Source of the DNA: Acidimicrobiia bacterium
GTDB taxonomy: Bacteria; Actinomycetota; Acidimicrobiia; IMCC26256; JACDBD01
Assembly (NCBI GenBank): GCA_051002235.1
Contig: JBPCMN010000058.1
Span: 3,769 to 67,768 of the forward strand
DNA length: 64,000 bases
Direction: 5' to 3'
Positions 14,348 through 24,386 of the stretch are shown here, one piece after another. Each line of letters begins with the position of its first letter. Position 1 is the first letter of the stretch. The position numbers were made by a program, and so were the translations under genes. The notes below the pieces were generated by a model. That model was not told the DNA's origin, ran no database searches, and worked only from the letters and a program-made list of their open reading frames with translations.

Positions 14348-15636
14348 GCGATCCGGCGGCGCCGATCGACCGGGCCCTGATCGCGCCCGCGCTCCTCGAC
14401 CTCGACCTCGAGGCGCTGGCGGCCGAGTACGGAACGCCGCTCTTCGTCTACGACGAGGACGAGCTCCTCTCGCGGTGCCGGGAGTACACCGCCCACTTCG
14501 GCGACGACAACGTCGCCTACGCGAGCAAGGCGTTTCTGTGCAGGGCGATGACCCGCCTCGTGCACGAGGAGGGCCTGCACCTCGACGTCGCCACCGGCGG
14601 CGAGCTGCACGTCGGGTTGCAGGCCGCCTTCCCCGCCGACCGGATGATCCTGCACGGCAACAACAAGTCGGAGGACGAGCTGGTCGCGGCGCTCGACGCC
14701 GGGGTGGGGCGGATCGTCGCCGACTCGTTCGACGAGCTCGACCGGCTCGAGCGTCTCGCCGCCGAACGCGGGGTGGTGCCCCGGGTGCTCGTGCGGGTGA
14801 CGCCGGGGGTCGAGGCGCACACCCACGTGTTCATCGAGACCGGGACGGAGGAGTCGAAGTTCGGCTTCACCGTCACCGAGGGCGTCGCGCTGGCGGCGGC
14901 GGCGCGCGTGGCCGAGAGCCCGGTGCTCTCGCTCGCCGGCTTGCACTCGCACATCGGCTCGCAGATCTACGTGCTCGAGTCGTACCGGCGCGCGGTCGAG
15001 ATCGTGGTGGGGCTGGCGGTTGAGATCACCGCGGCCACCGGGCAGGCGGTCGAGGAGCTGAACCTGGGCGGCGGGCTCGGCGTCCGCTACCTGCTCGACG
15101 ATCCCGAGCGCGACGTCGCCGAGTACGCCAAGGTGCTGCGGGGCGCGCTCGACGACGCCTGCGCCGCGGCGCGCATCACGACGAAGCCCCGGCTCATGGT
15201 CGAGCCCGGCCGCTCGATCGTCGCCCAGGGCGCGATCACGCTCTACCGCGTCGGCACGGTCAAGGAGATCCCCGGCGGGCCCACCTACGTGGCTGTCGAC
15301 GGCGGCATGAGCGACAACCCCCGGCCGGTGCTCTACGGCGCCGGTTACGAAGCGTACCTGCCCGCCCGAATCGACGAGCCTCGTCCGCTGGTCGCGTCGA
15401 TCGCGGGGAAGCACTGCGAGCAGGGTGACCTGGTGGTCGCCGACGCCCACCTGCCCGCCGGCGTCGCCGTCGGCGACCTGCTGGCGGTACCGGTCACCGG
15501 CGCCTACGGCTACTCGATGGCGTCGAACTACAACCAGGTCCCGCGTCCGGCGGTGCTGTTCGTCCGCGAGGGCCGGGAGCGGGTCGTGATCCGGCGCGAG
15601 ACCCTCGACGATCTGCTCCGACTGGACGAGCCCTAG
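14344..15636 (+). CDS. lysA: diaminopimelate decarboxylase
   Basis: Track ORF of 430 aa, Orn/DAP/Arg decarboxylase family (YASKAF..., HSHIGSQ, EPGRSIV, CEQGD). Its GTG overlaps the argS stop. Confidence 0.95.
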   Translation: MSDPAAPIDRALIAPALLDLDLEALAAEYGTPLFVYDEDELLSRCREYTAHFGDDNVAYASKAFLCRAMTRLVHEEGLHLDVATGGELHVGLQAAFPADRMILHGNNKSEDELVAALDAGVGRIVADSFDELDRLERLAAERGVVPRVLVRVTPGVEAHTHVFIETGTEESKFGFTVTEGVALAAAARVAESPVLSLAGLHSHIGSQIYVLESYRRAVEIVVGLAVEITAATGQAVEELNLGGGLGVRYLLDDPERDVAEYAKVLRGALDDACAAARITTKPRLMVEPGRSIVAQGAITLYRVGTVKEIPGGPTYVAVDGGMSDNPRPVLYGAGYEAYLPARIDEPRPLVASIAGKHCEQGDLVVADAHLPAGVAVGDLLAVPVTGAYGYSMASNYNQVPRPAVLFVREGRERVVIRRETLDDLLRLDEP

Positions 15637-15665
15637 TCCGCGAGACTGGCCGCAGTGGGAGCCGT

Positions 15666-16973
15666 GTGATGGTGGATCGGTTGCGTGACGAAGCCGTGAA
15701 GGTCGGGCTGCTGGGCTGCGGCCACGTCGGCGCGCCCCTGGCGCGCCTCATCGACGACAACGCCGACGTGATCGAGGCCCGCGCCGGCGTGCGCATCGAA
15801 ATCGCCCGGGTCGCGGTGCGCAACCTGTCGCTCGAGCGGGACGTGCCCCTGCCGGCGAGCCGGTTCACCGACGACGCCGAAGCGGTGGTCGCGGACGCCG
15901 ACATCGACATCATCGTCGAGGTCATCGGCGGCATCGAGCCGGCCCGCTCCCTCGTGACCAACGCGCTCAAGAGCGGCAAGCCCGTCGTGACCGCCAACAA
16001 GGAGTTGCTCGCCAACGTGGGCAAAGAGTTGCTCGAGGTGGCCGAGGGCGCGGGCGTCGACCTCCTGTTCGAGGCGTCGGTGGGCGGCGGAATCCCGCTC
16101 ATCCGACCGCTGCGCGAATCGCTGGCGGGCGACCGCATCCGCCGGGTGATGGGCATCGTCAACGGCACGACCAACTACATCCTCACCCGGATGGCCGAGG
16201 ACGGCTCGTCGTTCCAGGACGCGCTGACCGAGGCCCAGACCCTCGGCTACGCCGAGCCCGACCCCACCGCCGACGTCGAGGGCTTCGACGCCGCCGCCAA
16301 GGCGGCGATCATGGCGTCCATCGCGTTCGGGGCGCGCGTCGTCGCCGGCGACGTCTACCGCGAGGGGATCAGCGAGATCAGCGACGACGACATCGCCTCG
16401 GCGCACGAGCTCGGCTACGTCGTGAAGCTGCTGGCGGTGGCGGAAGAGCTCGACGGCGACGTCGCGGTGCGGGTGCACCCGGCGATGGTCCCCCTCCACC
16501 ACCCGCTGGCGTCGGTGCGCGACTCGTTCAACGCTCTGTTCATCGAGGGCGACGCGGTCGGCGAGCTCATGCTCTACGGGCGCGGCGCCGGCGGCAGCCC
16601 GAGCGCGTCGGCGGTGCTGGGAGACCTCATCGACGCGGCCAAGAACCTCGTGTCCGGCGGCCGGGGCGCCACCATCGGCACCCTCGCCCGCCGGACCGTG
16701 CGCCCGATCGACGAGGTCGAGTCGCAGTTCTACCTGTTGATCGAGGTGGCCGACCGCCCCGGTGTGCTCGCTCAGATCGCCACCGAGTTCGGCCGCCACC
16801 AGGTGTCGATCAAGTCGATGCAACAGAAGGGCATCGGTGACGACGCCCGGCTGATCTTCGTGACCCACAAGGCGCGCGAGGCCGCGCTGCGGGCAACGGT
16901 GCACGCGCTGCGCGACGTGGAGTCGGTGCACCGGGTCGGCTCGGTATTGCGCGTCATCGGCGACGAGCCGTGA
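15666..16973 (+). CDS. hom: homoserine dehydrogenase
   Basis: Track ORF of 435 aa with an NAD-binding N-terminus (GLLGCGHVG), a catalytic domain and a C-terminal ACT domain, in lysA-hom-thrC synteny. Confidence 0.95.
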   Translation: MMVDRLRDEAVKVGLLGCGHVGAPLARLIDDNADVIEARAGVRIEIARVAVRNLSLERDVPLPASRFTDDAEAVVADADIDIIVEVIGGIEPARSLVTNALKSGKPVVTANKELLANVGKELLEVAEGAGVDLLFEASVGGGIPLIRPLRESLAGDRIRRVMGIVNGTTNYILTRMAEDGSSFQDALTEAQTLGYAEPDPTADVEGFDAAAKAAIMASIAFGARVVAGDVYREGISEISDDDIASAHELGYVVKLLAVAEELDGDVAVRVHPAMVPLHHPLASVRDSFNALFIEGDAVGELMLYGRGAGGSPSASAVLGDLIDAAKNLVSGGRGATIGTLARRTVRPIDEVESQFYLLIEVADRPGVLAQIATEFGRHQVSIKSMQQKGIGDDARLIFVTHKAREAALRATVHALRDVESVHRVGSVLRVIGDEP

Positions 16974-18025
16974 GCACGACCTGGCGGGGCGTGATCGAGG
17001 AGTTCCGCGACCACCTCCCGGTCACCGACGCGACGCCGGTGGTCACGCTCCTGGAGGGTGGCACACCCCTCGTCGACGCGCCTCGGCTGTCGGAGCGCAC
17101 CGGCGCGCGCGTGCTCCTCAAGATCGAAGGTGCCAACCCCACCGGGTCGTTCAAGGACCGGGGGATGACGATGGCGATGTCGAAGGCGGTCGAGGATCAA
17201 CCGAAGGCGGTGATCTGCGCCTCGACCGGGAACACGTCGGCGTCGGCGGCGGCGTACGCGGCTCGGGCAGGGCTCACGTGTGCGGTCGTCATCCCCGAGG
17301 GGCAGATCGCGCTGGGCAAGCTCGCCCAGGCGCTCATCCACGGTGCCCGGGTCGTCCCCGTGCGGGGGAACTTCGACGACGCCCTCGACGTCGTCCGCGC
17401 CCTCGGCGACGCCGGCGAGGTGTCGGTGGTGAACTCGATCAACCCCTACCGCATCGAAGGACAGAAGACCCAGGCGTTCGAGATCGTCGACGTGCTCGGC
17501 GACGCCCCCGACGTCCATTGCATCCCGGTCGGGAACGCCGGCAACATCACCGCGTACTGGAAGGGCTACGAGGAGTACGCCGACGCCGGCAAGGCCCGGC
17601 GCCGGCCCCGCATGTTGGGCTGGCAGGCGGCGGGGGCGGCGCCGCTCGTCATCGGCGAGCCGGTTCCGCACCCGGAGACGATCGCCACCGCCATCCGGAT
17701 CGGGAACCCCGCGAGCTGGGACGGCGCGGTCGCGGCCCGGGACGAGTCGGGCGGGCACATCGGGGCGGTCAGCGACGCCGAGATCCTCGACGCTTACCGG
17801 ATGCTCGCCCAGGTCGAGGGGTGCTTCGTCGAACCGGCGTCGGCGGCGGCGGTGGCGGGGCTGCTGCGGGCGGCCGCCGACGGGCTGATCGAGCCGGGGG
17901 AGACCGTCGTGTGCACCCTGACCGGGCACGGGCTCAAGGACCCCCAGCGCGCCATCGCCGAGGTCGACGTGGGCGAAGGGGTCGAGCCGACCGCCGACGC
18001 GGTCGCGACCCAGCTCGGTCTCTGA
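16970..18025 (+). CDS. thrC: threonine synthase
   Basis: Track ORF of 351 aa, a PLP enzyme carrying [10 protein letters not shown]. Its GTG overlaps the hom stop. Confidence 0.95.
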   Translation: MSTTWRGVIEEFRDHLPVTDATPVVTLLEGGTPLVDAPRLSERTGARVLLKIEGANPTGSFKDRGMTMAMSKAVEDQPKAVICASTGNTSASAAAYAARAGLTCAVVIPEGQIALGKLAQALIHGARVVPVRGNFDDALDVVRALGDAGEVSVVNSINPYRIEGQKTQAFEIVDVLGDAPDVHCIPVGNAGNITAYWKGYEEYADAGKARRRPRMLGWQAAGAAPLVIGEPVPHPETIATAIRIGNPASWDGAVAARDESGGHIGAVSDAEILDAYRMLAQVEGCFVEPASAAAVAGLLRAAADGLIEPGETVVCTLTGHGLKDPQRAIAEVDVGEGVEPTADAVATQLGL

Positions 18026-18042
18026 ACGAAGGGAAGGCTTCC

Positions 18043-18810
18043 ATGGGCACTGCATTGGTCACCGGCGCGTCCTCGGGGATCGGCCGGGCGTTCGCGGAGG
18101 CGCTGGCGGCCCGGCGCGACGACGTCGTGCTCGTCGCGCGCGACACCGCCCGGCTCGACCAGCTCGCGTCCAAGCTGAAGGGCGCGCACGGCACGCACGC
18201 GGAGGTGCTGGGCGCCGACCTCACGGCCGACGCCGGCGTCGCCGCGGTGGAGGAGCGCCTCCGCGCCGGCGTGGACCTCCTGGTGAACAACGCCGGCTTC
18301 GGGACGTTCGGCAAGTTCGCCGAGCTCCCGATCGAGACCGAGTTGGGCGAGGTCCAACTCAACGTGGTCGCGCTGGTCCGGCTGTGCCGGGCCGCCCTCC
18401 CGGGCATGATCGAGCGCGGCGCCGGGGGCATCGTGAACGTGTCGTCGGTCGCCGGCCACCAGCCGACGCCCTATAACGCGACCTACGGCGCAACCAAGGC
18501 GTTCGTCACCAGCTTCACGCACTCGCTCCACGAGGAGGCTCGTAGCACCGGCGTGCGCGTGACGGTGCTGTGCCCGGGCTTCACCAAGACGGAGTTCCAG
18601 GAGCGGGCCGGGTTCGACTCCAGCGCGGTGCCGGGTTTCCTCTGGCAGTCGGCCGAGGAGGTCGCGGCGGCCGCGCTGCAGGCCAACGACAAGAACCGGG
18701 CCGAGTGCGTCCCCGGGCTCCTGAACCGGATCAGCGCCACCGTCTCGGGGGCGCTGCCGGCGGCGGTGAGCCGGCGCCTGGCGGGCGCGGTCGTCCGCCG
18801 GGTCGAGTAG
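18043..18810 (+). CDS. short-chain dehydrogenase/reductase (SDR) family oxidoreductase
   Basis: ATG at 18043 inside track ORF 17278..18810, preceded by GAAGGGAAGG. The protein reads MGTALVTGASSGIGRA...NNAG...YGATKAF (TGxxxGIG, NNAG, YxxxK). The upstream part of the track ORF is out-of-frame overlap with thrC. Confidence 0.9.
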   Translation: MGTALVTGASSGIGRAFAEALAARRDDVVLVARDTARLDQLASKLKGAHGTHAEVLGADLTADAGVAAVEERLRAGVDLLVNNAGFGTFGKFAELPIETELGEVQLNVVALVRLCRAALPGMIERGAGGIVNVSSVAGHQPTPYNATYGATKAFVTSFTHSLHEEARSTGVRVTVLCPGFTKTEFQERAGFDSSAVPGFLWQSAEEVAAAALQANDKNRAECVPGLLNRISATVSGALPAAVSRRLAGAVVRRVE

Positions 18811-18861
18811 CGGCTCGAAGGCCTGCCGTCCCCTCCGCGCTCCTGACCATGGTCGCTGACC

Positions 18862-19119
18862 ATGGTACGATTTTGCATGGACTCCATCGCGATCTCGAAG
18901 TTCAAGGCAACGTGCCTGGCCGTGCTCGAGGAAGTCCGGCGGACCGGACGACCGGTCCTGGTGACGCGCCGCGGCGAACCCGTCGCCGAGATCGTGCCGC
19001 CCTCGCGTCCGGCCGTCTCCCGTCGCACGCTGGGCGCCTTTCGTGGCCACGGCCGAATTGCCGGCGACATCGTGGCGCCGGTCGCGGACCCGACCGAGTG
19101 GGAGGTGCTCGAGCGGTGA
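18862..19119 (+). CDS. Phd/YefM-family type II antitoxin
   Basis: Track ORF of 85 aa: ISKFKATCLAVLEEVRRTGRPVLVTRRGEPVAEIVP. The start may instead be the ATG at 18877. Its stop overlaps the vapC GTG (GTGA). Confidence 0.8.
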   Translation: MVRFCMDSIAISKFKATCLAVLEEVRRTGRPVLVTRRGEPVAEIVPPSRPAVSRRTLGAFRGHGRIAGDIVAPVADPTEWEVLER

Positions 19120-19511
19120 AGCTGCTGCTCGACACCCACATCTGGTTGTGGCTCCTGCTCGAGCCGAACCGGCTCGTCCGTCGGGTGGCGGATGCACTGA
19201 CGGATCCGGCCAATGAGCTCTGGCTCTCGCCGATCAGCGTCTGGGAGGCGCTGCTCCTCGTCGAGCGGGGGCGGGTGGAGGTCGACCGGGCCCCCGGCGA
19301 GTGGCTCGATCGAGCGCTTCGGGACGAGCCGCTACGCGATGCTCCTGTGACGCGAGCAGTGGCGTTGTCGAGTCGGTCGCTCGATCTCGCTCACGAGGAT
19401 CCCGCCGATCGGTTCATCGCCGCGACAGCGATGACGTACGAGTTGACCCTGGTGTCCGGCGATGCCCGGCTTCTCGAGTCGACGAGCTATCCCGTGCTCG
19501 CCAACCGCTGA
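19116..19511 (+). CDS. vapC: PIN-domain toxin VapC
   Basis: GTG at 19116 inside track ORF 18570..19511. The protein reads VKLLLDTHIWLWLL...SPISVWEAL...DPADRFIAATA...LVSGDARL, supplying the PIN acidic residues. Confidence 0.85.
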   Translation: MKLLLDTHIWLWLLLEPNRLVRRVADALTDPANELWLSPISVWEALLLVERGRVEVDRAPGEWLDRALRDEPLRDAPVTRAVALSSRSLDLAHEDPADRFIAATAMTYELTLVSGDARLLESTSYPVLANR

Positions 19512-19515
19512 CCGC

Positions 19516-20736
19516 TTACGCGGGGTCGATCCTGAGCAGGCCGTCGCCCTGGGAGAGGACGTAGAGCTCGCCGTCGTTGTCCTGGCCGAAGGCGGCGATG
19601 TTGGCCGCGTTCACGTCGAGGAAGCGCTCGACCGCGACCTCGCCGTTCTCCTGGGTCAGCGCCCGTACGTCACCCTGGCAGTAGTCGGCGAAGACGTAGG
19701 CCCCGACGAGGTTCGGGATGCGCGTGCCGCGGTACGCGAACCCGCCGGTCACCGAGCAGCCCTGGTCGGGGTTCGGGTACTCGAAGATGGCGGGGACCGT
19801 TCCGGAGATCTCGTCGCCGCTGAACGGGTGGTTGCCCTCGTAGCGGGCCCAGCCGTAGTTCGCGCCCGCGCCCTGGCCCGCGGGCACGAAGTCGACCTCT
19901 TCGTAAGCGTTCTGACCCACGTCGCCGATCCAGAGGTCGCCGGTCTCGCGGTCGAACGAGAACCGCCACGGGTTGCGCAGCCCGTAGGCCCAGATCTCGG
20001 GCCGCCCCCCGCCGCTCGCGAACGGGTTGTCGGCCGGGATCGTGTACGGCATGTCGCCCGACGGGTTCGGGTCGATGCGCAGGATCTTGCCCAGCAGGGT
20101 GTCGAGCGACTGACCGTTCCCGCCGGGGGCGTGGCCCTCGCCGTTGTCGGCAGCGCCGCCCCCGTCTCCGAGCGCGATGTAGAGGAGGTCGTCGGGCCCG
20201 AACGCGAGCTGGCCGCCGTTGTGGTTGGCCTGGAGCGTCTCGACGGTGATGATCGGCCGGCGCGACCCGGGGTCGGCGGTGTCCCCCTGCATCGTGTACT
20301 CGTCGACCTGGTTGTCGCCGTTGTTCGTCGCGTCGCTGTAGTGCACGTACAGCTTCGTCCCGTCGGGCGAGAACGCGATGCCGAGGAGCCCCTGCTCGCC
20401 GCCGCTCTGCGTGCGGTCGGTGATGTCGAGGACGGGCTGCCCGTCGAGCGCGCCGTCGCGGACGGCCAGCACCCGCCCGACCTGCTCGGCGACGTAGAGC
20501 GCGGTGTCGCCTGCGCGCGCTGCCATCGCCGTGGGCGCCTCGACCTGGGCGACGGGCGCGAGCGTGACCGCGGCCGCGTCGAGGTCGGCGGGCGCGGCGG
20601 ACGGCGCCTCCGTAGTCGACGGTTCGGTCGTCGTGGCCGGCTGCGACTTCGGCTTCGACGAGTCGTCGCCACCACCGCCGTCGCAGGCGACGGCGAAGAG
20701 CGCGAGGCCGGCCATGACAGTGAGAGCTCGGCGCAC
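19516..20736 (-). CDS. PQQ-dependent sugar dehydrogenase (soluble GDH/sorbosone DH family) lipoprotein
   Basis: Track ORF of 406 aa. The signal/lipobox is MRRALTVMAGLALFAVAC. The beta-propeller motifs are GLLGIAFSPD, HNGGQLAFGPD and GLRNPWRFSFD. Confidence 0.9.
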   Translation of the reverse strand: MRRALTVMAGLALFAVACDGGGGDDSSKPKSQPATTTEPSTTEAPSAAPADLDAAAVTLAPVAQVEAPTAMAARAGDTALYVAEQVGRVLAVRDGALDGQPVLDITDRTQSGGEQGLLGIAFSPDGTKLYVHYSDATNNGDNQVDEYTMQGDTADPGSRRPIITVETLQANHNGGQLAFGPDDLLYIALGDGGGAADNGEGHAPGGNGQSLDTLLGKILRIDPNPSGDMPYTIPADNPFASGGGRPEIWAYGLRNPWRFSFDRETGDLWIGDVGQNAYEEVDFVPAGQGAGANYGWARYEGNHPFSGDEISGTVPAIFEYPNPDQGCSVTGGFAYRGTRIPNLVGAYVFADYCQGDVRALTQENGEVAVERFLDVNAANIAAFGQDNDGELYVLSQGDGLLRIDPA

Positions 20737-20791
20737 GGAGCGCAGGCTATCGGCGGAGGCTTCGACACACGCCGCGCCTACGATCGTGTTC

Positions 20792-21955
20792 GTGAAGTAC
20801 GTCGTCCTCGTCCCTGATGGTTGCGCCGACGAGCCGCTGCGCGAGCTGGGTCACCGCACCCCGCTCGAGGCGGCGGCGATGCCCGCGCTCGCCCGCCTGG
20901 CCGCGCGCGCCGAGGTCGGACGGGCCGCGGTCATCCCCGAAGGTCTCCCGCCCGGCAGCGACGTCGGCAACATGGCCATCCTCGGTTACGACCCCAACGT
21001 GTTCCATACCGGCCGGGCGCCCATCGAGGCCGCGGCCATGGGCGTCGAGCTGGCGCCGGACGAGGTGGCGTTCCGCTGCAATCTCGTCACGGTCGATGAC
21101 GCAACCGACCCGCCGACGATGGTTGACTTCGCCGCCGGCCACCCGACCAGCGAGCAGAGTCACCCCATCGTCACCGCCCTCGACGAAGCGCTCGGAGCCG
21201 GCCGCGACGGCGTGCGCTTCCATGCCGGCGTCGAGTACCGCCACCTGTGCGTGGTGCCGGCAGACTTCGGCGACGCCGAGTGCGTCCCGCCTCACGACCT
21301 CACCGGCCGCGGCGCGGTCATGCCCAGCGGCCCGGCCGCCCCGAAGCTGGCCGCGCTCATGGACGCGTCCAAGGAGATCGTGCGCGCCGCGGCCCGGGAG
21401 GTCGGCTCGGACGCGACCCAGATCTGGCTGTGGGGCCAGGGCGTGCGCCCCTCGATGCCGGCGTTCGCGGACCGCTACGGCGTCACCGGCCGGCTGAGCT
21501 CGGCCGTCGACCTCGTGCGGGGACTCGGTGTGCTCACCGGCCTGGAGGTGGTCGACGTCCCCGGCGCAACCGCCGGGTTCGACAACGACTACGTCGCCCA
21601 GCGCGACGCTTGCCTGCGCTCGCTCGCCGACCGCGACTTCTTCCTCCTCCACGTCGAGGCCACCGACGAGGCCGGCCACCAGGGCAACGTCGCCGAGAAG
21701 GTTGCCGCGCTCGAGCGCTGGGACACCGATGTCATCGCGCCGCTCGCGGACGCGCTCGACGGCGAGCCCTGGCGCCTGCTGGTCATGCCCGACCACGCCA
21801 CGCCGTGCGTGCTCAAGACCCACACCTCCGACCCCGTGCCCTATCTCCTCTTCGACGCTGCCGTCGACGGACCGGGCGGCGAGTACACCGAGCGCAGCGT
21901 CGCCGGCGGCGGCGCGGTGGTCGCGCACACCCTGATGGAGCGCCTGCTCGCCTAG
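20792..21955 (+). CDS. apgM: cofactor-independent phosphoglycerate mutase, archaeal ApgM type
   Basis: GTG at 20792 (or 20786) inside track ORF 20504..21955. The protein reads VKYVVLVPDGCADEP...GSDVGNMAILGYDP...HVEATDEAGHQGN...MPDHATP, a metalloenzyme-superfamily phosphopentomutase/PGM pattern. Confidence 0.85.
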   Translation: MKYVVLVPDGCADEPLRELGHRTPLEAAAMPALARLAARAEVGRAAVIPEGLPPGSDVGNMAILGYDPNVFHTGRAPIEAAAMGVELAPDEVAFRCNLVTVDDATDPPTMVDFAAGHPTSEQSHPIVTALDEALGAGRDGVRFHAGVEYRHLCVVPADFGDAECVPPHDLTGRGAVMPSGPAAPKLAALMDASKEIVRAAAREVGSDATQIWLWGQGVRPSMPAFADRYGVTGRLSSAVDLVRGLGVLTGLEVVDVPGATAGFDNDYVAQRDACLRSLADRDFFLLHVEATDEAGHQGNVAEKVAALERWDTDVIAPLADALDGEPWRLLVMPDHATPCVLKTHTSDPVPYLLFDAAVDGPGGEYTERSVAGGGAVVAHTLMERLLA

Positions 21956-21987
21956 CGAGGGGGACAGAGCTGCCAGTCCGCACGCTC

Positions 21988-23364
21988 GTGCTCGTCGACG
22001 GCGAGCACTACCCGCCTGTAGTGCGCGCCGCGATCGACGAGCTGCGCGCCGCCGGGAGCGACGTCGTCGGCGCGGCCCTGCTCGGCGGGGGCGAGAAGCT
22101 GCGGGTCGACGAGGCGCCCGAGTACGGGGTCGCGTCCGACGCGGTCGTCTCCGGTGCCTCACCTCTCGCCGCGCTCCTCGAGTCCCTGGCGCGCTTCGAC
22201 CCCGACGAGGTCGTCGACCTCTCCGACGAGCCCGTCCTGGACGCCCGCACCCGCATGCTCCTGGCCGCGCACGCGCTCCACCACGGCGTGCCCTACCGCG
22301 GGGCCGACTTCCGTTTCGACCCGCCACCGCGCCCGCGCCGGGCGGTGAAGCCGAGCATGGCGGTGATCGGGACGGGTAAGCGCACGGGCAAGACCGCGGT
22401 CGCGTCGGCGGCGGCGCGCGCGCTGGCTGCCCGCGGGCGCGCCCCGGTGATCGTGGCGATGGGGCGGGGCGGGCCCTCGGAGCCCGAGCTGGTCGATCCC
22501 GCCCGCGCCGACCTGTCCCCGGCGGGACTGCTGGCGCGCGCCGATGCCGGCCGCCACGCCGCCAGCGACCACCTCGAGGACGCGCTCACCGCCGGCGTCA
22601 CCACCGTCGGCACCCGTCGGTGCGGGGGTGGGCTCGCGGGCGCGCCGGCCTCGAGCACGTTTGCCGACGGCGTCGCGCTCGCGAACGCGCGTCCCGAGAC
22701 GCTGCTGGTGCTCGAAGGCTCGGGCGCGGCGATCCCACCCGTCCACGCCGACGCCACCATCTGCGTGGTGCCCGCGTCGGCGGACGTCGAGGTCGCCACC
22801 GGCTACCTGGGTCCCTACGCCCTGTTGCTGAGTGACGTGGTCGTCGTTACACTTTCCGAAGTTGCACCGCCCGGCTCGAGTCGGGGTGCCATCCCGGCCG
22901 CACGGTTGGCCGAACGGCTGGAAGACCGCATCCGGAGCATCATCCCGGAGATCCCGGTCGTCCGCACCGTCCTGCGACCCTGGCCTCTCGCCTCGATCGC
23001 GCAGCGGTCCATCTTCTTTGCCACCACCGCTCCTGAGCCGGTTGCAGCCCGGTCGGCGGTGTATCTGGGGTCTCGGCACCACGCCACCGTCGTGGGCTGG
23101 ACCAGCAACCTCGCCGACCGAGCCCGGCTCGCCGAGGACCTGGCCCGGCTCCCCGAGGGGGTCGAGGTGCTCGTAACGGAGTTGAAGGCAGCCGCGGTCG
23201 ACGTCGCCACCCGGGCGGCGCTCGAGCGGGGCATGGAGGTCATCTACTGCGACAACCGGCCGGAGCCCGTCTCGGCGGGCGCCGGCACCGACAAGCTCGA
23301 CGCCGCGGTCGTGGCGGTGGCCGAGCTCGCCACCGAGCGGTTCGGAGCAGCACCACAACCATGA
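21988..23364 (+). CDS. cpgS: cyclic 2,3-diphosphoglycerate synthetase-like protein
   Basis: In frame within track ORF 21247..23364. The protein reads LVLVDGEHYPPVVRAAI...MAVIGTGKRTGKTAV(P-loop)...LVLEGSGAAIPP. The length (~458 aa) and these motifs match what I recall of Methanothermus cDPG synthetase. The start is uncertain: GTG at 21988, or CTG at 21970 behind GGGGGA. Confidence 0.7.
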   Translation: MLVDGEHYPPVVRAAIDELRAAGSDVVGAALLGGGEKLRVDEAPEYGVASDAVVSGASPLAALLESLARFDPDEVVDLSDEPVLDARTRMLLAAHALHHGVPYRGADFRFDPPPRPRRAVKPSMAVIGTGKRTGKTAVASAAARALAARGRAPVIVAMGRGGPSEPELVDPARADLSPAGLLARADAGRHAASDHLEDALTAGVTTVGTRRCGGGLAGAPASSTFADGVALANARPETLLVLEGSGAAIPPVHADATICVVPASADVEVATGYLGPYALLLSDVVVVTLSEVAPPGSSRGAIPAARLAERLEDRIRSIIPEIPVVRTVLRPWPLASIAQRSIFFATTAPEPVAARSAVYLGSRHHATVVGWTSNLADRARLAEDLARLPEGVEVLVTELKAAAVDVATRAALERGMEVIYCDNRPEPVSAGAGTDKLDAAVVAVAELATERFGAAPQP

Positions 23365-24314
23365 AGCAGCAACCGCGCCACATCGTCATCTCGGGCGAGG
23401 AGCACCAGCTCCCGTACTCGAAGGGGTTGATGGCCGCCTCGATCATGGCCACCGGCCTCGCGCCGGCGCGCGCCTTCCACGTCGCCGAGCGGGTCGAGGA
23501 GCGGCTGCACGAGACCGGCGTGCTCTCGCTCACCCGGGCCGAGCTGTTCGATGTCGCCCACGAGGTGCTCGTCGACGAGGTGGGGGAGCGCTACGCCGAG
23601 TCGTTCACGAAGTGGCAGGTCGCCAACGAGCTCGATCGCCCCCTGGTCATCCTCATCGGGGGCGCGACCGGCGTCGGCAAGTCGACGATCGCCACCCAGC
23701 TGGCGGCCCGGCTCGGCTTGACCCGGATCATCCCGACGGACGCGATCCGCGAGGTCATGCGGGCCATGTTCAGCGACGAGATGCTGCCGACCCTGCACAC
23801 GTCGTCGTTCGAGGCCGAACGGCTCGCGGCCCGTAATCCGCTGCCCCGCAGCGCCGACCCCGTGGTCATCGGGTTCCGCGAGCAATCGGCCGCGGTCATG
23901 GTTGGCGTACGCGCCCTCGTCCGGCGTGCCATCATGGAGGGTACCGACCTGATCCTCGAGGGCGCCCACATCGCCCCGGGATTCCTCGACCTTTCCGAGT
24001 TCGAGGGTGCGGTCGTGGTCCCGTTCGTGGTCACGGTCGACGACGAGGAGCTGCACCGCTCGCACTTCATCCTGCGGGCCCACGAGTCACGGGGGCGGGT
24101 CTCCGACCGGTATCTCGACCATTTCGACAACATCCGCAAGATCCAGCGCTACGTGAAGTCGCTGGCCATGGAGCACGGCATGCCGATCATCCCGTCCTAC
24201 AACCTCGACGCCACCCTCTCGCAGGTGATCGAGCTGGTGGTGACCGAGGCCACCCGGGCCGTCCCGTCTCCAGTCCCTTCCCCATTGACCCCCACCACTT
24301 CCCCGACCCGATAA
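23361..24314 (+). CDS. 2-phosphoglycerate kinase (ATP-cone + P-loop kinase)
   Basis: Track ORF of 317 aa. The N-terminal segment VISGEEHQLPYSKGLMAASI... is ATP-cone-like. The P-loop region is LIGGATGVGKSTIATQLAARLGLTRIIPTDAIREVMR. Its ATG overlaps the cpgS stop (ATGA). Confidence 0.8.
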   Translation: MKQQPRHIVISGEEHQLPYSKGLMAASIMATGLAPARAFHVAERVEERLHETGVLSLTRAELFDVAHEVLVDEVGERYAESFTKWQVANELDRPLVILIGGATGVGKSTIATQLAARLGLTRIIPTDAIREVMRAMFSDEMLPTLHTSSFEAERLAARNPLPRSADPVVIGFREQSAAVMVGVRALVRRAIMEGTDLILEGAHIAPGFLDLSEFEGAVVVPFVVTVDDEELHRSHFILRAHESRGRVSDRYLDHFDNIRKIQRYVKSLAMEHGMPIIPSYNLDATLSQVIELVVTEATRAVPSPVPSPLTPTTSPTR

Positions 24315-24386
24315 GGAGAACCTCCATGGCGCCGGAACGAAGCGAAGCCCTGGCCGGACGGCCGGGAGGGCGAAGCGGAGTGACCC

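Noticed and set aside
17278-18042. The N-terminal 255 aa of the 510-aa track ORF preceding the SDR domain.
   Set aside because: It overlaps thrC out of frame and is R/G/P-rich. The SDR has its own SD and ATG at 18043.
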